Origin: Patescibacteria group bacterium | GTDB lineage: Bacteria > Patescibacteriota > Microgenomatia > UBA8517 | Reading direction: 5' to 3' | DNA length: 64,000 nucleotides | Assembly (NCBI GenBank): GCA_025999275.1 | Contig: AP024680.1 | Location: forward strand, 419,578 to 483,577 | Shown here: in pieces, positions 9,518-18,747 of the stretch | Layout: each line of letters opens with the position of its first letter | How positions within the stretch are numbered: the stretch's first letter is position 1 | Notes under the pieces: generated by a model | Databases searched by the model: none | Seen by the model: the letters and a program-made list of their open reading frames with translations, nothing else | Told to the model about the DNA's origin: nothing | Made by a program: the position numbers and the translations under genes

Positions 9518-11158
9518 AGATTAAAAAAAGAACGACCTTAATATTACTGGCTATAACTTTGATCGCTGCTTTTTTAAGATTTTACAAAATAGATAGAAAT
9601 CCTCCTAGTTTGACTGGTGATGAAATTTCTTTTGGCTATGCAGCTTACTCTATTTTGAAAACTGGTAGAGATGAATCTGGAAGATTCTTGCCACTTGTAA
9701 TTCAATCAATTGGTGATTACAAAAATCCTTTGCCAGCATATTTGATGGTTGTATCATTTAAATTTTTTGGAGTGAATGATTTTGCAGTTAGATTCCAGAA
9801 TGCACTTTTTGGGACATTAACAGTTTTTGTTTTTTTCTTTTTTCTTTTTTATCTCTTAAAGAATGATAAGCAAGCTTTATTGGGTAGTTTCTTTTTGGCT
9901 TTATCTCCATGGCATATTTTTTATTCTCGTTTTGCTTACGAACCATTGATTGCTAGTTTTTTTTGCTCTTTTAGGTATATGGTCTTTTATGAAGATGCTT
10001 GATAGCAAAAGCGTTAAATTTGCCTTCCTATCATCATTTTTTTTGATTCTAACCATGTATACAGGTTTTGCTCAAAGGTTATTTGTACCTGTTTTCTTCT
10101 TCTTTCTTGTTTTGTTTAATTTAAGAAAGTTGTTTAAGGTTAAAAAGATATTTTTAATTTTTTCTTTTTTATCATTCTTGTTTGTTTTGCCGCTAATCTA
10201 TGTCTCCTTATTTCAAGGAGCATCTACTAGATTTAAAATGGTTTTTATAGCTAATGATATAAATTATGTTCGTTATGTTATTTTTGGTTATGCAAGCCGT
10301 TTTATTGACTATTGTTATCTTTTCTTCTTCTGGATTAAAAGATATTTAAATTATTTACAACCTAGGTTTCTATTTTCAGATGCTTTGCAGATGGTTTTAC
10401 CAGGAAATATTGGATTAGGAATTTTATATCCTTTTGAGGGTTTGTTTTTGGTTTTTGGCATATTTGAGCTTATAAAAAGAAGAATTTTACATAAGGATAT
10501 GCTTTTAATTTGGCTTTTTACCGGTATAGTTCCTGATTCTATAACAAACAATGAGCAACATGCGGGTAGACTTCTTCATATAGCTCCACTTATATTTACT
10601 ATTACCACCTTAGGAGCAGTAAGTTTATGGCGTCTTTTAAATAAAAAAGTTAAGGGTATTAAAAGTTTTTTTATTTTATCTGTTCTTGTTGCCTTTTCTG
10701 TTTTAAATATTCTGTTTGCTTGGCTCTTGTTTAGAGTTCATTTTCCTTATCAAAAGAGTGAAGCTTTTGATGAGGGTTGGAGAGAAGTTGTTTATTCGGT
10801 AATGAAATATCAGGATAATTATGAAAAGATTATCTTTGATATCAGAAGGGGTGTTGATGGCCCATATATGGTGAGCAATCCTCATATGTATTTGTTGTTT
10901 TACTCCAAATATGATCCATCCAAATATCAAACAATAAAGAAAGTATTTAATGTGTATGGTGATAGTGAACCTTACTTTGCTTTTGATAAATATTCTTTTG
11001 GGTATATTAATTGGTACAGAGATTCTAAATATAAAAATACTCTTTTGGTAGGCAGTCCTTGGAGTTTCCCTAAGGAGGAAGATTTGGGAAATAAATTGAT
11101 TGAAAAGATTTATCTTTCGAACGGCAAACCCGCTTTTTATCTAGTTTCCACTGAATAG
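9514..11158 (+). pseudogene. GT-C PMT/ArnT-like paralog 4, interrupted by +1 frameshift inside a T8 homopolymer (9957-9964)
   Basis: ORF 9514-10002 carries the N-terminal 'RFYKIDRNPPSLTGDEISFGYAAYSILKTGRDE' motif and ends 'ASFFCSF...'; ORF 9950-11158 (TTG start in track) continues the paralog alignment ('ALLGIWSFMKMLDSK' matches 'FALMWVILGMIYLVKGF' of paralog 1); removing one T from the T8 run fuses the two into a single ORF of about 565 aa. Confidence 0.7.
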
Positions 11159-11164
11159 TTGCTA

Positions 11165-11188
11165 CTTTAAGGGAGCCTCCTTTAAAGG
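11165..11188. repeat. palindromic REP-like motif copy A (inverted orientation), between convergent gene ends
   Basis: CTTTAAGGGAGCCTCCTTTAAAGG; reverse complement shares the 17-nt core with copies at 11679 and 11897; may also act as bidirectional terminator. Confidence 0.7.
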
Positions 11189-11881
11189 TTAAGTGAGATC
11201 ATTATCTTCGATTATTAATTTTTTAATTTTTTGGGTGTTTAATGAATATCTTTCTACAAAGTCTTTATAGTTGTTTATCTTCTTGAATTCGGGTGCTGTG
11301 GGTTTATTAAAAACTTGTAGTATGATATTCGGATTTATCCAAGCTGTTTTGCGTATTCCTAGATACTCTGCGTAGGAGGAGTAAGAATCTACTAGATTGT
11401 TAGCATACTCTTTGGGGTTTAGGTGGATATATCGTGACAAGTGAATTAATTGCTCATCGTTTTTAACAATAACTGCTTTATAATGCCCCTGGAATAGTTT
11501 TCCAACACGCTTATACTTTTTATTGAAATACATAGAATATCTGGTGGAAATTGACCTCATAAAACTTTCCATACCATTTTTGTTTTCTTGCTTTATTAGT
11601 AAATGGAAATGATTTGGCATTAGACAGTAGGCAATTAATTCTATTTCTTTGTTGTAATTTTTAGGTTGTCTGGGTACACCTTTAAAGGAGGCTCCTTTTA
11701 AGGTAAAAGTTTTTCTAATATCATCTGGTTTGGGAGGGGGCAGTAAGGCTTGCTTTAGATAGTTTAAGAATACTTTATAATCTTGGGAATCAAGGAAAAT
11801 TTTTCTTTTTTCAACACCCCTATTGTAAATGTGGTAGTAACCTTGCTCAAAGTATATTTTAATGGAGTTCTTTTGAGGCAT
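11189..11881 (-). CDS. IS200-like / REP-associated tyrosine transposase (HuH Y1 transposase, PF01797-like)
   Basis: 'YYHIYNRGVEKRKIF' N-terminus, HuH motif 'LMPNHFHLLI', catalytic-Tyr motif 'RYIHLNPKEY' - all hallmarks of TnpA(IS200)/RayT. Confidence 0.8.
   Translation of the reverse strand: MPQKNSIKIYFEQGYYHIYNRGVEKRKIFLDSQDYKVFLNYLKQALLPPPKPDDIRKTFTLKGASFKGVPRQPKNYNKEIELIAYCLMPNHFHLLIKQENKNGMESFMRSISTRYSMYFNKKYKRVGKLFQGHYKAVIVKNDEQLIHLSRYIHLNPKEYANNLVDSYSSYAEYLGIRKTAWINPNIILQVFNKPTAPEFKKINNYKDFVERYSLNTQKIKKLIIEDNDLT
11679..11703. repeat. palindromic REP-like motif copy B, located inside the transposase CDS
   Basis: CCTTTAAAGGAGGCTCCTTTTAAGG; encodes the in-frame segment '...LKGASFKGVPRQ...' of the transposase. 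Confidence 0.7.
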
Positions 11882-11896
11882 ATTTGCATTATTATA

Positions 11897-11920
11897 CCTT
11901 TAAAGGAGGCTCCTTGGAAG
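11897..11920. repeat. palindromic REP-like motif copy C, upstream of transposase start
   Basis: CCTTTAAAGGAGGCTCCTTGGAAG. Confidence 0.7.
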
Positions 11921-11958
11921 TGTGAGAAGATTTTTAGATTTTTTGATAAACTTATACT

Positions 11959-12705
11959 ATGGAACTTTTGGGTAAAAATGTTGTTATACTCGGGGCGACA
12001 GGGGGAATAGGAAGATCCCTCGCCTTTGCTTTTGCAGCTAAAGGCGCCAATCTTATCTTGACTGGTAGGAGAAAGAGAATTCTTGATGCGCTTTCAAAAG
12101 AAATTCGTAAATTTTCTGTTTCAGTTGATACTTTTACTCTTGATGTCACAAAAGAAAAAGAATGGAGGCCTTTTATAAGAAAGGTGGAAAGTAAATTTGG
12201 CCATATTGATATTTTAATTAATTCTTTTGGCGTTGGTATTTATAAAAAACTCAAAGATTTAGAGATAGAGGATTTTAAAAAGTCCATTGATGTTAATTTA
12301 AACTCTGTCTTTTTGTCGATTAAGAATTTTTTGCCGCTTCTTGAAAAATCTCATAAAGCCTATGTTTTGAGTCTTGGTTCTGGTATGGGTAAAATTGGCG
12401 TCTCAGGCAGGTCTTCTTATTGCGCTAGCAAGTTTGGATTAAGGGGGTTAATGCTTTCTCTTGCTAAGGAGTATAAAAGTACTAATATTAATTTCTGTCT
12501 TTTGACCTTAGGTAGCGTTCTGACAGCGTTTGGACCTTTAAGTCTTGAGGAAAAAATAGAAAAGCAAAAGAAGGGGAAGGGATATCTTGATCCAGTAAGC
12601 CTTGCCAAGGCTATAGCTTCAAAGATAGAAAATGAAACATTAGAAGAAGAAGTCTCTATTTATCCGTCTAGGTATTTTAAGGAATCTAAAAGTGGTGTTG
12701 TTTGA
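11959..12705 (+). CDS. short-chain dehydrogenase/reductase (classical SDR)
   Basis: 'VVILGATGGIGRSLA' TGxxxGxG NAD(P)-binding motif and 'YCASKFGLRG' YxxxK catalytic motif. Confidence 0.85.
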   Translation: MELLGKNVVILGATGGIGRSLAFAFAAKGANLILTGRRKRILDALSKEIRKFSVSVDTFTLDVTKEKEWRPFIRKVESKFGHIDILINSFGVGIYKKLKDLEIEDFKKSIDVNLNSVFLSIKNFLPLLEKSHKAYVLSLGSGMGKIGVSGRSSYCASKFGLRGLMLSLAKEYKSTNINFCLLTLGSVLTAFGPLSLEEKIEKQKKGKGYLDPVSLAKAIASKIENETLEEEVSIYPSRYFKESKSGVV

Positions 12706-14974
12706 TTTTTGTCTTTCTTGCTTCTATGGCTAGTATTAAAAACCAAATTACAAATGATATTCCTGATATTTTTTTCCCTAGTTGAAACATCTTTGGATAA
12801 TAATAAAATCTGATTATTCCTTTTCCTTCTGGAACTTCTACAGATCTAAATACTTCTAAGTATTTTTTGATAGGTACATCCTTGTTGTTTAACTGAGCTT
12901 TCCAGTCATTTGTATAAGTATCAGTTAGTATAAGATTTCCTTTTTCTGGAGTTGAAAATTCGATAAAAACTTCGTTTGGGGAGTATTTTACAATTTTTGC
13001 TTCTCCAACTATTTCTCCTTTATCACTTTCTATTCTTACTCTTTCTTTATATTTAGTGTTTTCTAAGATGTATACTGATCCGTATTCGTATACTTTTTGC
13101 CAGTCTCTTAAATTTATTGCCCAATAGGTATGCTTTCCTTCTTTGTCTATATTTGTATCGTTAGAGTATTTAAGAGCCAGTAGATATTTGACTGACAATT
13201 TTCCAAGCATATCTGCATCGTAGTTTGATGACAAATTTGAGTATCTGGAAAGAAATTTCAAATTTTGTTTTGATATCTGCTTTTGATAGAAAGCGACATA
13301 TTCCTTTAGAGCTAGAGGGTCATACCCCGATAAACTGTATAGTCTGTAGAAAGCCCATGTGTTTGGTGGTAGCAATGGCCCTCTTTCACTTTCTACTCTA
13401 GCTAGATTAGCATTTTCTTTGAGATAGTTGATTATTTCTGTATTTGGGTATGCAAATTTATTAGGTGTAAATGGTAGATATTTCCAATTGTAATAAAAAA
13501 GTTCAAATATTGTTACAATAACTATTGATATAGTAAGCAATTTATTTTTTTTGTTGAATATTAAAGAAAACACAATTATGGTAAATAGAATTCCTGTTGG
13601 TATTAGTGAGTTCTTTATTGCGATTTTTAGGTGCGATGCAGACTGTTCATTTGATTGATTCAAGAAAAAAATATATGTTACAAACAGCTCTAATATTATT
13701 AGAACTATTGCTAATAAATTTTTTTGAATAAATTTTGATACTTTTGTTTTGCTGTTGTTATCTAGCCATTTTCCTATTAGAACACTTCCACAAAATATAT
13801 AAACAAAACCCATTCTTCCAGCTGCGCTTGTGGTAATTAGGGGGAGTTTTGTTTGGTAAATCATTTTAGATAGAGGATTGTCAAATATGAGTAACAAAGA
13901 TAATAAGCACCATATGGTGAAAAATTTTTCTTCTTTGGAAAGAAGTTTGAAATTTATTATTGACCATATTATTGCGAAGATTCCTACTATTCCAAGATAT
14001 ATTGTCGTTTCATGATAGTTAAAAAAGCCCCAATAATTGCCTGTAACTGGGTTGCCAAAGAAATTTGGGGCTATCAAAGTGGCTAGGTGCCTTAATGGTA
14101 GTAATCCATAGTTGTACATTTGTATATAGTTTTCATTGAAGCGTATAGATTCTGTTAGTTGTTGATATGTTGGTAATACTTGTATTAATAAAGTGCCAAT
14201 TCCTAGAATTTCTACCAACAGGAAGTATGATAGTTTAGAAAGTTTGTTTTTTAAATCTGGGTTAAGAATTTTAAGAAGAAAATAGCTGTTGAATATTATT
14301 AGAGAAAATATAAATGCTTGAAAATGACCCGAAGAACCAAGCAGAAATATTAAAGGAACAGCTAGTAACAAGTATATTTTTTTATTTTTTTCTTCGTATT
14401 GGTTTATAAGTAAGAGAAGCAGAGGCAAATAAATCATAGCAAATCCCAAATTTGCAAATTGCAACCATGTTATGGCGAAAGTTGAAAAGGTGTAACAGAT
14501 AGATCCAAGAATGGCAGGTAATTGGGATATTCTAAGTGATCTAAGGAAAAAGTACATAGATATTATAGAACCAATACTTTGAGAAATTATCATTAGGTTC
14601 CATCCTTTTAGATCTCCAAGAAATATTTGAAATAGGTTGAATGGATTTAGGGCTCCTGATTGAAAATTAGCCAATAGGGGGATTCCTGCATATTCATATG
14701 GGTTCCAAAGAGGCCACTGAAAGTTTCTATAAGATTCAGCAATCAATGACTTCCATATAAATATTTGAGAAAATATGTCAGATATTAAAGGATTTTTTAT
14801 TGGTACTCCTACTATATAGCCCCACTTATAATCTAGCCAAGGATAATATGCTCCAACCAAGAGATCTCCTGGAAATAATATTAGTCCTTTAAATATCGCT
14901 TTCCAGTAAAAAGCTATTACTATCAATATTAGAAGTGAAATAAAAAAAATTTCTTTGGTTTTTATTTTTTTCAC
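12686..14974 (-). CDS. YfhO-family polytopic membrane protein (GT-C-like glycan transferase)
   Basis: 762 aa; N-terminal '...LFPGDLLVGAYYPW', many TM helices, extracytoplasmic domain '...NDWKAQLNNKDVPIKKY...' followed by terminal TM - YfhO architecture; converges on and overlaps SDR gene by 20 nt. Confidence 0.6.
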   Translation of the reverse strand: MKKIKTKEIFFISLLILIVIAFYWKAIFKGLILFPGDLLVGAYYPWLDYKWGYIVGVPIKNPLISDIFSQIFIWKSLIAESYRNFQWPLWNPYEYAGIPLLANFQSGALNPFNLFQIFLGDLKGWNLMIISQSIGSIISMYFFLRSLRISQLPAILGSICYTFSTFAITWLQFANLGFAMIYLPLLLLLINQYEEKNKKIYLLLAVPLIFLLGSSGHFQAFIFSLIIFNSYFLLKILNPDLKNKLSKLSYFLLVEILGIGTLLIQVLPTYQQLTESIRFNENYIQMYNYGLLPLRHLATLIAPNFFGNPVTGNYWGFFNYHETTIYLGIVGIFAIIWSIINFKLLSKEEKFFTIWCLLSLLLIFDNPLSKMIYQTKLPLITTSAAGRMGFVYIFCGSVLIGKWLDNNSKTKVSKFIQKNLLAIVLIILELFVTYIFFLNQSNEQSASHLKIAIKNSLIPTGILFTIIVFSLIFNKKNKLLTISIVIVTIFELFYYNWKYLPFTPNKFAYPNTEIINYLKENANLARVESERGPLLPPNTWAFYRLYSLSGYDPLALKEYVAFYQKQISKQNLKFLSRYSNLSSNYDADMLGKLSVKYLLALKYSNDTNIDKEGKHTYWAINLRDWQKVYEYGSVYILENTKYKERVRIESDKGEIVGEAKIVKYSPNEVFIEFSTPEKGNLILTDTYTNDWKAQLNNKDVPIKKYLEVFRSVEVPEGKGIIRFYYYPKMFQLGKKISGISFVIWFLILAIEARKTKIKQHHF

Positions 14975-15034
14975 CCTATTAATTTTATATTTTATGAGTT
15001 TTTTTTCAAAAGTAGTAAAATGTTAAGGTATTTT

Positions 15035-16147
15035 ATGTATAATGTAGCCATAGATACAGGGCCACTTTTAACAGGGCATTCTTTTCGAGGAATAGGAGTT
15101 AACACAAGGGAGTTGTTATTTGCTTTAGAAAAGATTGAAAGGAAAGACATAAAGATTGAAGCTGTTGATTTTTCAAAGACTGATCTTTCCAAATATGATA
15201 TTGTTCACTACCAAAGTTTCAATCCTTTTTTTAAAACTTTGCCTGGCAAAAAGCTTGGTAAAAAAGTGGTAGTTACCATACATGACTTAATTCCACTTAT
15301 TTATAAAGAGCATTACCCGCCAGGTATAAGAGGGAAAATTAATTTTTGGTTACAGAAAAGTAGGCTTTTAAAATATGTTGATTTGGTTATAACAATTTCT
15401 GAAACTTCCAAAAAAGATATTGTTCGGTTTCTTAATTATAGTTCAGAAAAAATTAAGGTTGTTCATCTTGCACCTCGTGATATTTTTAGGCCTGTAAATG
15501 ATTTGAAAAAACTTCAAAAGATTAAGAAGAAGTTTAATCTTCCTGATAAATTTATTCTTTATGTTGGGGATGTTAATTACAATAAGAATATTTCAACTTT
15601 GGTCAAAGCCTGTAAGGATTTAGACATTACTCTTATAATCGTTGGTAAACATGCTTTGCAGATTGACGAAGGCCATTCAAAAAAGCCTTATCTTGGCGGG
15701 CCAAATGACTGGATAAGATTTTTGTTCAATAAACCCCATCCAGAAACTGCTCATTTTAAAACACTTTCACACCTTTTCTCCCAGAACAAAAAAATTGTTC
15801 GTCTAGGTTATGTTGAGGATGAAGATCTTGTTTCTGTTTATAATCTAGCATCTGTTTATGTTCAACCTTCTTTTTACGAAGGTTTTGGTCTTCCTGTTCT
15901 TGAGGCGATGGCTTGTGGAACACCAGTTATTGCAAGCAAAATTAATGCTCACAGGGAGATTGCAGATAATAAAGCTTTATTTTTTAACCCAAAAGATGTT
16001 TCAGATCTGAAAGATAAAGTAAGGTTGGTGATTGAAGATAAAAGGCTGGCAACTAAACTTTCTCAAAAATCTCTTGATAATGTCAAAAAATATTCTTGGG
16101 AAAAAACTGCTAAAGGTGTTCTTGAGGCCTATGAAGAAATTCTTTAA
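15035..16147 (+). CDS. glycosyltransferase family 4 (GT-B fold)
   Basis: 'EGFGLPVLEAMACGTPVIAS' GT4/GT1 signature; start could alternatively be ATG 15020. Confidence 0.85.
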   Translation: MYNVAIDTGPLLTGHSFRGIGVNTRELLFALEKIERKDIKIEAVDFSKTDLSKYDIVHYQSFNPFFKTLPGKKLGKKVVVTIHDLIPLIYKEHYPPGIRGKINFWLQKSRLLKYVDLVITISETSKKDIVRFLNYSSEKIKVVHLAPRDIFRPVNDLKKLQKIKKKFNLPDKFILYVGDVNYNKNISTLVKACKDLDITLIIVGKHALQIDEGHSKKPYLGGPNDWIRFLFNKPHPETAHFKTLSHLFSQNKKIVRLGYVEDEDLVSVYNLASVYVQPSFYEGFGLPVLEAMACGTPVIASKINAHREIADNKALFFNPKDVSDLKDKVRLVIEDKRLATKLSQKSLDNVKKYSWEKTAKGVLEAYEEIL

Positions 16148-17318
16148 GAGGGATATTTCTTTTGTATTTTTTATTTTTATTGTTTGGAGACTGGTTTTAT
16201 TTTTAGTTTCCTATTTGTCTTTATTTTTTATTCCAAAATACGGAGGCTGGTTTCCTTACGTTGAAAGAGTTCTTGAGATTACAAAATTACCTTCTTGGAT
16301 TTGGGGTTGGGGAGGGTTTGATGGAGTGCATTACCTGCGTATAGCTCAGAATGGTTATGATTTTATTCCTTCTCAAGCCTTTTTCCCTTTGTATCCGTTT
16401 CTAATAAGGTTTCTTAATTTCTTCCCTCGTCAAAAATTTCTTGACACCAGTGTCTATGTTGACCCTTCCTTTTTTATAGCAGGTATTTTAATTTCAAACA
16501 TTTTTGCCTTCTTGGCATTTTATGCTTTTTACAAACTTGTCAAAAACGATTTTGGTTCAAAGATTGCCGTTCTTTCTTTGTTTCTTCTTATTTCTTGGCC
16601 AACCTCTTTTTATTATGGCGCTATTTATACAGAATCTTTGTTTCTTTTTCTTGCTTCTTCTTCAATTTATTTTGTTAGGAAAAGGAATTTTATTTTTTCC
16701 GGCATATTTGCTTGTTTGGCTTCAGCTACAAAGGTGGTAGGTGTAGCCTTATTCTTTCTAATCTTGATTGAATTTTATTTAAATTACAAAGATAAATTTA
16801 AAATCTCTAAATCTTTCTTAAGGGATTTGTTTGGAGTTTTAATCTCACCACTTGGTCTTTTCTCTTATATGGCTTATCTTTGGCGTTATTTTGGCAAGCC
16901 TTTTTATTTTGTTTCTGCTCAGCCTCTTTTTGCTGCCGAAAGGAGTGATAAGCCAATTATTCTTTTACCACAGGTTTTTTATAGGTATTTCAAGATTCTT
17001 ACCAAAACACCTTTACTTTCTCACCAGTTTAATATTGCTTTTCTGGAGCTTTTTTTAACAGTTTTATTTTTATTTTTCCTAGTTCTATTTATTAAAAAGA
17101 TGAGGTTTTCTTATTGGATTTTTAGTTTCTTGGTTTTGATTATTCCCACGCTCACCGGGACACTAACTTCAATGCCTAGATACACCTTGACTGCCTTTTT
17201 GATGTTTCCTTTTTTGGCCAAGTATTATCCGAAATTAGTTAAAATATCCTTGCCATTTTTAGTTATTGTTCATATTTTTTTGCTTTTCAATTTTATTCGT
17301 GGATATTGGGTAGCATAG
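16131..17318 (+). CDS. GT-C-like membrane glycosyltransferase (PIG-V / DUF2029 mannosyltransferase-like)
   Basis: 'WGGFDGVHYLRIAQNGYDF...FFPLYPFL' motif typical of PIG-V/DUF2029-type GT-C proteins; start taken at ATG 16131 (17-nt overlap with upstream GT4) rather than track start 16032. Confidence 0.5.
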   Translation: MKKFFKRDISFVFFIFIVWRLVLFLVSYLSLFFIPKYGGWFPYVERVLEITKLPSWIWGWGGFDGVHYLRIAQNGYDFIPSQAFFPLYPFLIRFLNFFPRQKFLDTSVYVDPSFFIAGILISNIFAFLAFYAFYKLVKNDFGSKIAVLSLFLLISWPTSFYYGAIYTESLFLFLASSSIYFVRKRNFIFSGIFACLASATKVVGVALFFLILIEFYLNYKDKFKISKSFLRDLFGVLISPLGLFSYMAYLWRYFGKPFYFVSAQPLFAAERSDKPIILLPQVFYRYFKILTKTPLLSHQFNIAFLELFLTVLFLFFLVLFIKKMRFSYWIFSFLVLIIPTLTGTLTSMPRYTLTAFLMFPFLAKYYPKLVKISLPFLVIVHIFLLFNFIRGYWVA

Positions 17319-17710
17319 TTTTTGTTTTTATGAATTACAGAAGCGCCAAAAGAGAGGTGAAGCTTACTTTTTCAGATGATGATTGGAGGAACTTTTGGAT
17401 ATTGCAAAAGTAAAGGATCTTAATAAAGAATCTGTAAGGAAGTTGTTTTGCTTAGCTTTTAAACTTTTTATCAGCGATTAATACTCCATTGACGATTTAT
17501 CAGCAATTTGTGACAGATTATTTTCAGTCTTGGTTAGGTCTGGCACCAAAAAGTATCCCGAGCTTCTTGATGGAGTGGAAGCAGGTTCTGAGATTTCTTT
17601 TTACATCAGAGACATTAATCTTCTTCCTATTTTTAATAGATTTTTAAAAGATATTTTTGACGTTTATTATCTTGTTTCTAAAAAAAATAGGGTATTTTCT
17701 TTTTTTATTA

Positions 17711-17722
17711 TTGTTGTATAAT
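17711..17722 (+). promoter_or_regulatory. putative -10 element (TGTATAAT) 6 nt upstream of gmd ATG; leaderless-type arrangement
   Basis: TTGTTGTATAAT at 17711-17722, ATG at 17729; same TGTATAAT-N6-7-ATG arrangement upstream of 22190. Confidence 0.3.
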
Positions 17723-17728
17723 CTTCTT

Positions 17729-18742
17729 ATGGCTAAGGCCAAAAAGAAAGCTTTAATTACAGGGATTACTGGACAGGATGGATCTTATTTGGCAGAGCTT
17801 CTTCTTAAAAAAGGCTACGAGGTTTCTGGTATAGTGAGAAAAACTAGTCATTTTTATTATGCCAACATTGCCCATATTCAGCATAATTTGAATCTGATTC
17901 AAGCTGATCTTTTAGACCCTGTATCTATTCGTGAAGCAATTCAAAAAGTTAAGCCTGATGAAATTTATAATTTAGCCTCCCAATCTCATCCTGCAGAATC
18001 TTTCAGGCAGCCAATTCATACAGCTGAAATTACTGGAATTGGTGCTCATCGTGTAATGGACGCTGCGCTTGATGTTGTTCCTAATGCTAAGTTTTATCAG
18101 GCATCTTCAAGTGAGATGTTTGGATGGGTAAAGGAAATTCCTCAAAACGAAAACACTTCTTTTAATCCTGCCAACCCTTATGCTGCAGCCAAACTTTATG
18201 CTCATAATATCGCAAGAATTTATAGAAAGAGTTATAAGATGTTTATTTCTTGCGGTATTCTTTTTAATCACGAATCTCCTCGTCGAGGTTTGGGCTTTGT
18301 TACTCAAAAAGTTACCTATGCTGCGGCTTGTGCTAAGCTTGGTATAAGAACTAGTCAGCATTTGAATGAAGAAGGGGAGCCAATTGTTAAAGATGGTAAG
18401 GTGGCGCTTGGAAATTTGGAAGCAAAAAGAGACTGGGGCTTTGCTGGAGACTATGTTGAAAGTATGTGGTTGATGCTTCAACAGAAAGAACCTGATGATT
18501 ATGTGATTGGAACAGGAGAAACTCACACAATAGCTGAGCTTTGTGAAGAAGCTTTTTCTTACCTTGGTCTTGATTGGAAAAAGTATGTTGTTGTAGATCA
18601 GCGTTTTATAAGGCCAACTGAAACAGGTCCATTGGTGGCTGATTATTCAAAAGCAAAGAAGGTCTTAGGGTGGAAGCCAAAAACTTCTTTTAAGGAGCTT
18701 GTTCGTATGTTGGTTGATGCTCACTTGGCTCGTCTGAGATAG
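17729..18742 (+). CDS. gmd: GDP-mannose 4,6-dehydratase
   Basis: 'KKALITGITGQDGSYLAELLLKKGYEVSGIVR' and 'NHESPRRGLGFVTQKV' are near-canonical GMD motifs; start taken at internal ATG 17729 of track ORF 17657. Confidence 0.9.
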   Translation: MAKAKKKALITGITGQDGSYLAELLLKKGYEVSGIVRKTSHFYYANIAHIQHNLNLIQADLLDPVSIREAIQKVKPDEIYNLASQSHPAESFRQPIHTAEITGIGAHRVMDAALDVVPNAKFYQASSSEMFGWVKEIPQNENTSFNPANPYAAAKLYAHNIARIYRKSYKMFISCGILFNHESPRRGLGFVTQKVTYAAACAKLGIRTSQHLNEEGEPIVKDGKVALGNLEAKRDWGFAGDYVESMWLMLQQKEPDDYVIGTGETHTIAELCEEAFSYLGLDWKKYVVVDQRFIRPTETGPLVADYSKAKKVLGWKPKTSFKELVRMLVDAHLARLR

Positions 18743-18747
18743 CCTTA

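Larger units (their letters stand above)
11160..11925 (-). mobile_element. IS200/IS605-family or RayT-like element: single HuH-Y1 transposase gene bounded by inverted copies of a palindromic REP-like motif
   Basis: Y1 transposase CDS 11189-11881; core CCTTTAAAGGAGGCTCC present at 11165-11188 (inverted), 11679-11703 (internal) and 11897-11920 (direct); size about 0.77 kb typical of IS200-type elements. Confidence 0.6.

Noticed and set aside
9957-9964. Treating the T8/A7 frameshifts as established phase-variation switches
   Set aside because: Equally long A8-A9 runs occur inside intact genes (23735-23742, 32840-32848, 54621-54628, 55761-55768, 63031-63038). Such tracts are background in this AT-rich genome and are classic sites of sequencing error. 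I report the frameshifts as findings but do not claim phase variation without read-level evidence.
11897-11960. Using the AAGGAGG inside palindrome copy C as a ribosome-binding site for a new gene
   Set aside because: There is no in-frame ATG at suitable spacing. A GTG lies 12 nt downstream, but the short frame has no support. The SDR gene's ATG at 11959 is too far away.
17530-17721. ORF 17530-17721 in the 400-nt spacer upstream of gmd
   Set aside because: No motif and it overlaps the putative gmd promoter, so it is likely spurious. I also looked for a tRNA or other structured RNA in 17319-17728 and found no convincing cloverleaf or conserved structure.
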